DNA of 64,000 nt, from NCBI GenBank assembly GCA_027484605.1, contig JAIXSR010000054.1, forward strand, positions 13,269 through 77,268, read 5' to 3'. This document shows positions 24,415-33,000 of the stretch, piece after piece. Source of the DNA: Hyphomicrobiales bacterium. Its GTDB lineage: Bacteria > Pseudomonadota > Alphaproteobacteria > Rhizobiales > Beijerinckiaceae. The notes under the pieces are model-generated. The model ran no database searches. It saw only the letters and a list, made by a program, of their open reading frames with translations, and was not told the DNA's origin. A program made the position numbers and the translations under genes. Position 1 is the stretch's first letter; each line of letters begins with the position of its first letter.

Positions 24415-25239
24415 TCAGTCCGCCAGCGAAAGCGGGCGCCCGCTCGCCAGGTTGCGGCCGCCCCAGCCGCGCACGATCTGGTCGATCCAGGCGCGGTGCG
24501 GTGCGACGCGCACAGCCTGGGCCGTGGTGCCGCAGGTCTGGGCATTGCCGAATTTCTCGCGGCCATAGACCACGCCGACCACGGTGCTGCCATCGAGCAC
24601 CGGCCCGCCGGAATCGCCCGTGCATACGGCGAAATCGCTGAGATCGGCATCGGTGCTGTAGCCGAGCCGGAGGAAGCGCGGATAGAGCCGCGGCAGCACG
24701 GTGACCTTCGCGCTGCGCAGGACACCGGCGCTGGCCTCGTCCCGGTCGGCGGCGAGGCCGAACCCGGCAATCGTGCGGCGCACGCCGACCTGATGCGCCG
24801 AATCATCCGATTCGAGCACCATCGGCCGGAACCGCGCCGGCAGGGGGCTGTCGAGCCGGATCAGCGCGAGATCGATCGAGACGCGCGCCTTGGGCGAGAA
24901 GCCGGGATTGACCGCGCGGGCCATGACCCGCTGCAGCACATGCGAGCCCTCTTCCTTGTAGGCCACCGCGACCTGCCGGTTGCCGGCCACGCAATGCGCG
25001 GCGGTGAGGATGATCTCGGATGTGATGATCGTGCCGGTGCAGGCGCCGTGCTTGTTGCCTTGCTTCGAAAGAACCATGACGAGATGCGAGGCCAGCCCGC
25101 CATCCGGGCTGGCGGCCTGACCGCCAAGCGCCAGGGCAGCGCCCGGTGCAAGGAAGGCCAGCCCCGGAACGAGGGCAGCGCAGAAGGCGACAGACGCGGC
25201 GGCGGAGGAGCGGAACGGCTTTTTCACGCCGCGGAACAT
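24415..25239 (-). CDS. Secreted trypsin-like (S1/chymotrypsin-fold) serine protease, inserted on the opposite strand inside the GTA cluster
   Basis: Signal peptide MFRGVKKPFRSSAAASVAFCAALVPGLAFLAPGAALA. Catalytic triad contexts LTAAHCV (His), IDLALIRL (Asp) and CTGDSGGPV (Ser). The start could be 25284. Confidence 0.85.
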   Translation of the reverse strand: MFRGVKKPFRSSAAASVAFCAALVPGLAFLAPGAALALGGQAASPDGGLASHLVMVLSKQGNKHGACTGTIITSEIILTAAHCVAGNRQVAVAYKEEGSHVLQRVMARAVNPGFSPKARVSIDLALIRLDSPLPARFRPMVLESDDSAHQVGVRRTIAGFGLAADRDEASAGVLRSAKVTVLPRLYPRFLRLGYSTDADLSDFAVCTGDSGGPVLDGSTVVGVVYGREKFGNAQTCGTTAQAVRVAPHRAWIDQIVRGWGGRNLASGRPLSLAD

Positions 25240-25337
25240 TGCATCGCCCGCGCCCCGGCGCAAGCGCGAAGGATCGCGGCCCATGGCGGCCGTGCCGGGC
25301 CGGGCGGCAGGCGCAACTCGAGAATGAAGGAAACCGC

Positions 25338-25913
25338 ATGATTCCCATCCTGATCGAGGGCCCGGCCCTCGAACCCGTCCCGCTGGCCGAAGCCCGGCTC
25401 TGGCTGCGGGTGGAGGACCCCGCCGAGGACGAGCTGATTGCCGGCCTCGCCGTGGCGGCGCGGCTGATGGTCGAGGCCGAGATCGGCCAGGTGCTGGTGG
25501 GCCAGACCTGGCGCCTGATCGGCCATGCCTGGCCCGCCGATGGCCGCATCCCCGTGCGGGCCGGCCCGGTTCTCGCCGTGCAGGGCGGGCGCGTCTTCCA
25601 CCGCGAGGGGCGCCTGACCGAGTTGCCCCCGGCCGCTTTCCGGCTGCTGCCCTTCACCGATCCGCCGGTTGTCGAGGCCCTGCTGATGCCCTTGCCCGGC
25701 CGCCCCTCCGCCGGGATCGAGATCGATCTCCGCCTCGGCTTCGGCGAGAGCCCGGCCGATGTGCCCGGCCAGATCCGGCTCGCCATCCGCCGGCTGGTCG
25801 CGCTCTGGTACGAGAATCGCGGCGAGGGCGGCGAGGGCCAGCCCGGGATCCCGCCGCAGATCCGCGCCCTGCTCCGGCCCTTCCGCCGCGCCCGGCTGGG
25901 AGGCCGGCCATGA
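25338..25913 (+). CDS. Head-tail connector/adaptor (gp6-like; RcGTA g6 equivalent)
   Basis: GAAGGA SD then MIPILIEGPALEPVPLAEARLWLRVEDPAEDELIAGLAVAARLMVEAEIGQVL... is the typical phage gp6 DNA-packaging/head-tail connector N-terminus. Confidence 0.85.
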   Translation: MIPILIEGPALEPVPLAEARLWLRVEDPAEDELIAGLAVAARLMVEAEIGQVLVGQTWRLIGHAWPADGRIPVRAGPVLAVQGGRVFHREGRLTELPPAAFRLLPFTDPPVVEALLMPLPGRPSAGIEIDLRLGFGESPADVPGQIRLAIRRLVALWYENRGEGGEGQPGIPPQIRALLRPFRRARLGGRP

Positions 25914-26251
25914 CCGCGCGGGAGCGCCCGCCGCGCATCGGCGAACGCCGCCACCGCCTGCTCCTCGAAATGCCGGTCGCCGCCTTGGATCCGCTGGGCG
26001 GGCGGCAATGGCTCTGGCAGGCCATCGGCCCGGTCTGGGCCCGGATCGAGCCGGTCGAGCCGAAGCCGCCCCGCCCCGGCCTTGCCGCGCCGCCCGCGCC
26101 GGAATTCCGCATCACGCTCGGCTGGCAGGCCGGCATCACCGCCGGCATGCGGTTCACCCGCGATGCGCAGCATTTCCCCATCCGCGCCGTGCTCGACCCG
26201 GCCGGAAACCGCCGCAGCCTCGTCTGCCTGTGCCGGGAGGAACCCGCATGA
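25910..26251 (+). CDS. Head-tail adaptor/stopper (SPP1 gp16-like; RcGTA g7 equivalent)
   Basis: ATGA coupling with the previous gene. 113 aa. ...RHRLLLEMPV...WARIEP... fits the head-closure family pattern and position. Confidence 0.8.
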   Translation: MTARERPPRIGERRHRLLLEMPVAALDPLGGRQWLWQAIGPVWARIEPVEPKPPRPGLAAPPAPEFRITLGWQAGITAGMRFTRDAQHFPIRAVLDPAGNRRSLVCLCREEPA

Positions 26252-26649
26252 CCGCGCACCCCGTCGCCGTGCTCAAGGCTGCCCTGCGCGCCCATTGGCT
26301 GGCCCGGCCCGACCTTGCCGCCGCTTTCGGCGAGCGCATCGTCGAGACCCTGCCGCCCGGCCCCGGCCTGCCCTTCCTGCTGATGGGCGAGGCGTCCTGC
26401 CGCGACGAGCCCGGCGGCCATGGGGTCGAGCTCGGCCTGCTGCTGGTCAATGCGGAGGAGGGCACGGCCGGCCTCCTCGCCCTGCTGGCCGGGCTGGAAG
26501 CCGCCCTCGCCGACATGCCGGCCGCCGGCCCGGCCCGCCGCATCGTCTCGGCCCGGCTGGTCGAGGCCCGCATCGCGCATGACCCGCGCGAGCGCCGCAG
26601 CGAGGCCCGCCTGCGCCTGCGCGCCTTTCTCGAAACCCCGGAGGAATGA
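26248..26649 (+). CDS. Tail terminator-like protein (DUF3168; RcGTA g8 equivalent)
   Basis: ATGA coupling. MTAHPVAVLKAALRAHWLARPDLAAAFGERIVETLPPGPGLPFLLMGE... matches the DUF3168 pattern I recall. Confidence 0.8.
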   Translation: MTAHPVAVLKAALRAHWLARPDLAAAFGERIVETLPPGPGLPFLLMGEASCRDEPGGHGVELGLLLVNAEEGTAGLLALLAGLEAALADMPAAGPARRIVSARLVEARIAHDPRERRSEARLRLRAFLETPEE

Positions 26650-26652
26650 CCC

Positions 26653-27063
26653 ATGGCCGCCCAAAGCGGAAAGGACCTGCTGCTCAAGCTCGATGACGGC
26701 GAGGGCCAGTTCATCACCCTGGCCGGCCTGCGCAGCCGTCGCCTCGTCTTCGATGCGCAGACCGTCGACATCACCCATGCCGAATCCGCCGGGCGCTGGC
26801 GCGAATTGCTCGATGGCGGCGGCATCCGCCGGGCCAGCCTGCAGGGGCAGGGCCTGTTCCGCGATGCCGCCTCGGATGCCCGCGCGCGGCAGCTTTTCTT
26901 CGAGGGGCTGGTCCGGCCCTGGCAGGTGGTGATCCCCGGTTTCGGCATCGTCAGCGGCCCGTTCCAGATCCGCGCGCTCGAATATCGCGGCGACCATGCC
27001 GGCGAGGTGCAGTTCGAGATCCAGCTCGACAGCGCCGGCGCGCTGGCCTTCACCCCGGCCTGA
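26653..27063 (+). CDS. Major tail (tube) protein, TP901-1 family (RcGTA g9 equivalent)
   Basis: MAAQSGKDLLLKLDDGEGQFITLAGLRSRRLVFDAQTVDITHAES...RELLDGGGIRRASLQGQGLF...F...GPFQIRALEYRGDHAGEVQFEIQLDSAG. Confidence 0.9.
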   Translation: MAAQSGKDLLLKLDDGEGQFITLAGLRSRRLVFDAQTVDITHAESAGRWRELLDGGGIRRASLQGQGLFRDAASDARARQLFFEGLVRPWQVVIPGFGIVSGPFQIRALEYRGDHAGEVQFEIQLDSAGALAFTPA

Positions 27064-27084
27064 CGCCATCAGGAATCTGACCCC

Positions 27085-27504
27085 ATGACGAACCTGCATC
27101 GTTCGGAAATCGCCCTCGAGATCGGGGGCGAGCGCCTCGTCCTGCGCCTCTCGCTGCAGGCGCTGGCGGAAATCGAGGCCCGCCTCGCGCCCGGCGGGCT
27201 GGCCGCGCTCGGCCATCGCCTCGCCGATGGCGGCCTTGCCATGGCCGATATCATCGCGCTGGCCGGGGCACTCGTCCGCGGTGGCGGCCGGCCGCTCGCC
27301 GATTCCGCCCTGGCCACGCGGCTGGAGGCGGCCGACCTGCCGGCCCTGGTCTCCGCCATCGCCGCCGTCTTCGCCAGCGCGCTGCCGGAAGGGGCGGCCG
27401 CGCCAAACCCTTGCCGGCCGCAACCGGCAGCGTGGATTGGGGCGAGCTGCTCGCCTTCGGTCTCGGCCGGTTGCGGCTTGCCCCTGACGCCTTCTGGTCG
27501 ATGA
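27085..27504 (+). CDS. GTA tail assembly chaperone (RcGTA g10 equivalent)
   Basis: MTNLHRSEIALEIGGERLVLRLSLQALAEIEARLAPGGLAALGHRLADG is the signature of the 'gene transfer agent family protein'. Its 3' third overlaps the next ORF in the -1 frame. Confidence 0.75.
   Translation: MTNLHRSEIALEIGGERLVLRLSLQALAEIEARLAPGGLAALGHRLADGGLAMADIIALAGALVRGGGRPLADSALATRLEAADLPALVSAIAAVFASALPEGAAAPNPCRPQPAAWIGASCSPSVSAGCGLPLTPSGR
27405..27411 (+). promoter_or_regulatory. Candidate programmed -1 ribosomal frameshift site A_AAC_CCT
   Basis: The heptamer fits X_XXY_YYZ in the zero frame of the g10-like ORF (codons CCA AAC CCT). The -1 frame is open from here to 27638. A short hairpin TGCCGG-CCGCAA-CCGGCA follows at 27412-27429. 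Confidence 0.4.
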
Positions 27505-27638
27505 GCCTGCCCGAATTCCGCGCCGCCGCCGGCTGCTTCGGCCCGCCCGCCCTCCCGCCGGATCGCGCCGCCCTCGAGGCGCTGATGCGGCAATTCCCCG
27601 ATTCCCACCCGGAGTTCCCCCATGTCCGAGACGAATGA
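27411..27638 (+). CDS. Second tail-chaperone ORF (rcc01693-like; RcGTA g10.1 equivalent); probably made as a frameshift fusion or from a TTG start
   Basis: ...VDWGELLAFGLGRLRLAPDAFWSMSLPEFRAAAGCFG... is the conserved motif of the small GTA/phage tail chaperone family. The only start in the track is TTG 27411, which directly abuts the slippery heptamer. Confidence 0.7.
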   Translation: MPAATGSVDWGELLAFGLGRLRLAPDAFWSMSLPEFRAAAGCFGPPALPPDRAALEALMRQFPDSHPEFPHVRDE

Positions 27639-28074
27639 CCCCGCCGCGCCGCTGGCCCGCTCGATGGCCGAACTGGATGGCCTCACCCGCCGCTTCGGCC
27701 AGACGCTGAGCCGCAGCCTCGCCGAGGGAATCGTCGAGGGCCGCAATCTCGGCGAGGTGATGCGCGGCCTCGGCGACCAGCTTCTCCGTCTCTCGCTCCG
27801 GCAGGGGCAGGGCGCATTGGCCGGTGGCCTCGATGCCGCGATCCAGGCCGGCCTTTCGGGCCTGACCGGCCTTGTCCGCCCGGAAGGCGGGGGTGGCGGG
27901 CTGTTCGGCGGCAGCGGCACCGGCTGGATGGCGCCGCAGGCCGCGCCCGCCAGCCCGGCGCCGATCATCCAGATGCAGGTCCATGCGCAGGATGCCGGCT
28001 CGTTCCTGCGGGCCGAGCACCAGGTCAGCGCCGCGCTCGCCCGGGCCGTGGCGCGCGGCCAGCGCAGCCTGTGA
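27622..28074 (+). CDS. Short tail tape measure protein (RcGTA g11 equivalent)
   Basis: 150 aa, helical N-half (LARSMAELDGLTRRFGQTLSRSLAEGIVEG...), Gly-rich middle (PEGGGGGLFGGSGTGW). Position between the chaperones and the distal tail protein. Confidence 0.7.
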   Translation: MSETNDPAAPLARSMAELDGLTRRFGQTLSRSLAEGIVEGRNLGEVMRGLGDQLLRLSLRQGQGALAGGLDAAIQAGLSGLTGLVRPEGGGGGLFGGSGTGWMAPQAAPASPAPIIQMQVHAQDAGSFLRAEHQVSAALARAVARGQRSL

Positions 28075-28718
28075 GCGCCGCCATGGCCGGCTCCTTCCAC
28101 GAGATCCGCTTTCCGCTCGATATCGCGCTTGGCGCCCGGGGCGGCCCGGAACGCCGGACGGAGATCATCACCACCGCCTCCGGCGCGGAACTCCGCATCC
28201 AGCGCTGGGCCGATTCCCGCCGCCGCTACGAGGCCGGCTACGGCGTGCGCAGCCTGGCGCGCCTTGCCGAACTGGCCGCCTTCTTCGAGGAACGACGCGG
28301 CCGGCTGCATGGCTTCCGCTTCCGCGACCGGCTGGACTGGTCCTCCGCGCCCGGCAATGGCGCACCCACACCCTTCGACCAGCCGCTCGGCACCGGTGAC
28401 GGGCTGAGCCGGGATTTCCCGCTCGCCAAGACCTATGGCGGCGCCTTCGACCCCTATCGCCGCCCCATCGCCAAGCCGGTGGCCGGCTCGCTCCGGCTCG
28501 GCCGCGACGGGGCCACGCTTCCCGCCGGCCTCGCCAGCCTCGATGCGGCGACGGGGCAAGTCACCTTTGCCGAACCGCCGCCGCCCGGCGCGGTGCTGAC
28601 CGCCGGCTTCCTGTTCGACGTACCGGTCCGCTTCGATACCGACCGGCTCGATATCGATCTCTCTGCCTTCGAGGCCGGTGCCATCCCCTCGATCCCCCTC
28701 GTCGAAATCCGGATCTGA
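28071..28718 (+). CDS. Distal tail protein (DUF2460; RcGTA g12 equivalent)
   Basis: GTGA coupling (GTG 28071; alternative ATG 28083). ...FHEIRFPLDIALGARGGPERRTEIITTASGAELRIQRWADSRRRYEAGYGVRS is the DUF2460 signature. Confidence 0.85.
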   Translation: MSAAMAGSFHEIRFPLDIALGARGGPERRTEIITTASGAELRIQRWADSRRRYEAGYGVRSLARLAELAAFFEERRGRLHGFRFRDRLDWSSAPGNGAPTPFDQPLGTGDGLSRDFPLAKTYGGAFDPYRRPIAKPVAGSLRLGRDGATLPAGLASLDAATGQVTFAEPPPPGAVLTAGFLFDVPVRFDTDRLDIDLSAFEAGAIPSIPLVEIRI

Positions 28719-28721
28719 CCC

Positions 28722-29603
28722 ATGCGCATCCTGCCGCCTTCCCTTGCCGGGGCCCTCTCCGGCGAGGCCGCCACCCTGTGCCATGCCTGGCTGCTGACGC
28801 GCCGTGACGGCACCATCCTCGCTTTCACCGACCATGACCGCCCCTTCGAGGCGGGCGGGCATCTCTTCGAACCCGGCGCCAGCCTGGAGACCACGGCCTC
28901 CGAGCAGGGCGCCGGCCTCGCTTCCGGCGGCGGCGAGATCCGCGGCGTGCTCGACAGCGAAAGGCTGACCGAACGCGCCATCCGCGCCGGGCTCTATGAC
29001 GGCGCCGAATTGCGCCGCTACCGTGTGGACTGGCAGGCGCCGGCGCTGGATTTCCTCGAGGATGTGACGATCCTCGGCGAGATCCGCCGGGTCGATGGCC
29101 GCTTCCTCGCGGAGACGCGGCTGCCCTTCCTGGCCCTCGATGAGGAACGCGGCCGCCGCTATACCCGCACTTGCGATGCCGAGCTGGGCGATGCCCGCTG
29201 CGGGGTGGATCTTTCCGGCCCGCCCTTCCGCCTTGCCGCCACCATTGCCGAGGCCACGGCCATCGCTCTGCGCTGCCCGGCGCTGGAAGCCGCGCCGGAG
29301 GGCTTGTTCGCCCGTGGCCGCATCCGCATGCTCACAGGCCCCTTGGCCGGCGCGGAGGCGGCCGTGCGGGATCATCCCGGCGGCGGCTGGCTCCGCCTCT
29401 GGCAGGCGCTGCCGCTGGCGCCCGTCCCGGGCGAGACGCTGCTCGCCTCGGCCGGCTGCGACAAGAGCCTGACGACCTGCCATGCCCGTTTCGGCAATGC
29501 CGCCCGGTTCCGGGGCTTTCCGCATATCCCGCCGGCGGATGCGGTTCTGGCCTGGGCCCGGCCGGGGGAGGGGCGGCATCTTGGCCGCCCGCTCGTGCCA
29601 TGA
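28722..29603 (+). CDS. Baseplate hub protein (DUF2163; RcGTA g13 equivalent)
   Basis: ...EAATLCHAWLLTRRDGTILAFTDHDRPF...YDGAELRRYRVDWQ...CDAELGDARCGVDL...CDKSLTTCHARFGNAARFRGFPHIP. Confidence 0.85.
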   Translation: MRILPPSLAGALSGEAATLCHAWLLTRRDGTILAFTDHDRPFEAGGHLFEPGASLETTASEQGAGLASGGGEIRGVLDSERLTERAIRAGLYDGAELRRYRVDWQAPALDFLEDVTILGEIRRVDGRFLAETRLPFLALDEERGRRYTRTCDAELGDARCGVDLSGPPFRLAATIAEATAIALRCPALEAAPEGLFARGRIRMLTGPLAGAEAAVRDHPGGGWLRLWQALPLAPVPGETLLASAGCDKSLTTCHARFGNAARFRGFPHIPPADAVLAWARPGEGRHLGRPLVP

Positions 29604-30052
29604 GCGCGGCGTTCCGCCCGGCCGATCCGGACCGCGTCGTCGCCGAGGCCCGGCTCTGGCTCGGCACGCCCTATGCGCATCAGGCCTCGCTGCCGGGGAT
29701 CGGCTGCGATTGCCTCGGCCTGATCCGCGGCGTCTGGCGCTCCCTGAACGGGCCCGAACCGGGCCGCCTGCCGGCCTACACGCCCTTCTGGGCCGAGACC
29801 GGCAGCGGCGATCCGCTGCTCGCCATGGCGGAACGGCATCTCCTGCCCGCCGGGCCGGGGCCGCTTGCCCCCGGCGAGGTGCTGCTCTTCCGCTGGCGCG
29901 AGACGCTGCCCGCCAAGCATTGCGGCATCGCCACCGGGCCCGGCCGGTTCATCCATGCCCATGACGGCGCTGCCGTTGCCGAGGTCGCGCTGCTGCCGGC
30001 CTGGCGACGGCGCCTCGCGGGCCGCTTCCTCTTTCCGGACCGGAGGTCCTGA
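29600..30052 (+). CDS. NlpC/P60-family cell-wall peptidase (RcGTA g14 equivalent)
   Basis: ATGA coupling. ...EARLWLGTPYAHQASLPGIGCDCLGLIRGVW (catalytic Cys)...HCGIAT...FIHAHDG (His). Confidence 0.9.
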   Translation: MSAAFRPADPDRVVAEARLWLGTPYAHQASLPGIGCDCLGLIRGVWRSLNGPEPGRLPAYTPFWAETGSGDPLLAMAERHLLPAGPGPLAPGEVLLFRWRETLPAKHCGIATGPGRFIHAHDGAAVAEVALLPAWRRRLAGRFLFPDRRS

Positions 30053-33000
30053 TGGCCACGCTTGCCTTCCGCATGATCGGCTCCACCCTCGGCACCATGC
30101 TGGGCGGCCCGGTCGGGGGGATGATCGGCGGCGCGCTCGGCGCGCTGGCCGGTGCCCCGATCGACCGCGCCCTGCTCGGCGGTGGCCGCGTCACCGAAGG
30201 CCCGCGCCTCGATGCCCTGGCCGGGATCACCGCGCAGGAAGGCGCGCCCGTTCCGCGCATCTGGGGCCGCGTCCGGCTTGGCGGGCAGGTGATCTGGGCC
30301 ACCGAATTCGAGGAGGAGCGCCATGTCGAGCGCGCCGGCGGCGCGGGCGGCAAGGGCCTCGGCGGCGCCGGCCAGCCGCGCGCGACGCGCTACACCTATT
30401 TCGCCCATGTCGCCATCGGCCTCTGTGCCGGGCCGGTCAGCATGGTCCGGCGCATCTGGGCCGATGACCGGGAGCTCGATCTTGCGCAGCTGACCTGGCG
30501 GTTCTACCCGGGCGACGAGGACCAGCCGGTCGATCCGCTCATTGCCGCGAAACAGGGCGGCGCGGCGCTCCCCGCCTATCGCGGCCTTGCCTATATCGTC
30601 TTCGAGCGTTTCCCGCTCGAGGCCCATGGCAACCGCCTGCCGCAATTCCGCTTCGAGGTGATCCGCGCCGCCGGGCCGGTCGCCGCGCGGCTCCGCGCCG
30701 TCAACCTGATCCCCGGCTCGACCGAGTTCGGCTATGCCCCGGCCGAGCGCCGCGAGGATTTCGGCTATGGCGCGAGCCGTGCCCTCAACCGCGTCCAGAC
30801 CTTCCGGGCAAGCGACTGGGAAGCCTCGCTCGACACGCTCCAGGCCCTCGCGCCCCGGCTCGAACGCGTCACGCTTGTTTCCGCCTGGTACGGCGATGAC
30901 CTGCGCGCCGGCCATTGCCGCTTCCGCCCGCGCGTCGAGCGGGCCGACAAGATCATCGCGGGCACGCCCTGGGAGGTGGCGGGCCTGACGCGGGACAGCG
31001 CCGTGCGGGTGTCGCGCCTCCACGGGCGGCCGGCCTATGGCGGTTCGCCCTCGGATGACAGCCTCGTCGCCGCCCTGCGGGATCTCGCCGCGCGCGGGCT
31101 GAAATCCGTGCTCCATCCCTTCGTGCTGATGGATATCCCGCCCGGCAATGCCCTGCCGGATCCCGCCCGTCCGGGCGCATTCCAGCCCGCCTATCCCTGG
31201 CGCGGGCGGATCACGCTCGATCCGGCGCCGGGCCTGCGGGGCACGGCGGAAGGGCAGGCCGCTGCGGCCGCACAGGTCGCCGCCCTGATGGGCACGGCGC
31301 GGCCGGCGGATTTCTCCCTCGCGGGAGAGCGGGTGGTCTATGCCGGGCCCGAGGACTGGGGCTATCGCCGCATGGTGCTGCACCATGCGATGCTGGCGCA
31401 GGCTGCCGGCGGCGTGGATACCTTCCTGATCGGCTCGGAACTGGTCGGCCTGACCCATGCGCTCGGGCCGGACGGGCGCTTTCCCTTCGTCGAGGCGCTG
31501 GCCGTGCTGGCCGCCGATCTCCGCCAGCTCCTCGGCCCGGCGACGCGGCTGACCTATGCCGCCGACTGGACCGAATACGGCGCCCGGGTGCGCGAGGGCG
31601 GGGCGGATATCCGCTTCCCGCTTGATCCGCTCTGGGCGCATCCCGCCATCGATGCCGTGGCGATCGACGCCTATCCGCCCCTCTCCGACTGGCGCCCCGG
31701 GCGCGACCATGCCGATGCCGCCATCGCCACCGGCCCGGCCGATCCGGCCTATCTCCGCACCCGCCTGACCGATGGCGAGGCCCATGCCTGGTTCTATCCC
31801 GACGAGGCCGCGCGGGCTTCCGGCGCCCGCCGGCCCATCACCGATGGCGCTTATGGCAAGCCGTGGATCCATCGCCCGAAGGATCTCGCGGGCTGGTGGC
31901 TGAACCCGCATCACGAGAGGCAGGACGGCGTGGAAAGCCCGGTTGCCACGGGCTGGCAGCCGGGCCTGAAGCCGATCCTGCTCGCGGAGATCGGCTGCCC
32001 GGCGGTGCAGTTCGGCGCCAACCGGCCCAACCTCTTCCCCGACCCGAAATCGGCCGAGGCCGGCCTGCCGCCCTTCTCGCCCGGCGGGCGCGATGATCTC
32101 GTGCCGCTGCGGCTGATCGGGGCGTGGCTCGACGCCTATGGCGCGGGCGGCACGCCGGAAAACCCGCTCTCCCCGGTGACCGGGCAGCCCATGGTGCCGG
32201 CGGATTTCATCGCCCCCTGGGCCTGGGACGCGCGGCCCTTCCCCGCCTTTCCGCGCCAGACCGATCTCTGGAGCGACGGCGCCAACTGGGCGCGCGGCCA
32301 TTGGCTGAACGGCCGGCTGGAGGCGATGCCGCTCGATGCGCTGGTCGGCGCACTCTTCGCCGATTTCGGCCTGCCGGAGCCGCTCTGCGAAGCGGTGGAT
32401 GGCATGGTCGACGGCTATGTGATCGACCGGCCGATGAGCCTCCGCGCCGCGCTCGAACCGCTGGCGCGCCTCTTCGGGCTGAGCTTCCACGCCCGGGCCG
32501 GCCGGATTGTCGTGCGCGGCAGGCCCAGCGGGCCGGTCCTCACCCTCGCGGCGGCCGATCTGGTGCTCGCGCCGGAGGACGGGGCCTGCCTCGAGCGGAT
32601 CCGCCAGCCGGATTCCGCGCTGCCGCGCCGGCTTGTCCTCGGCTTCATCGAATCCGAGGGGGATTTCGAACCGGCCGCCGTCGTGGCCGAACGGCCGCTC
32701 GGGCAGAGCTGGCGCGAGGCAGCGGAAGGCACAACGCTGCATCTGCCGCGCGCCCAGGCGCAGGGCCTTGCCGAACAGCGCCTGCATGATCTCTGGTGCG
32801 GCCGCGAGACCCTGCATTTCCGGCTCTCGCCCCGCCATCTCGCGCTCGAGCCGGGCGATGGCTTCCGGCTGCTGCTGGAGGAGGGCCCGCTCGACCTGAT
32901 CGCGATCCGCCTCGTCGACGGGCCCTGGCGGGAGGTCGAGGCAAGGCTCTACGAGCCGGCCTTGCTCGATGCCCCGCCCGCCGAGGGCATGCCGCTGCCG

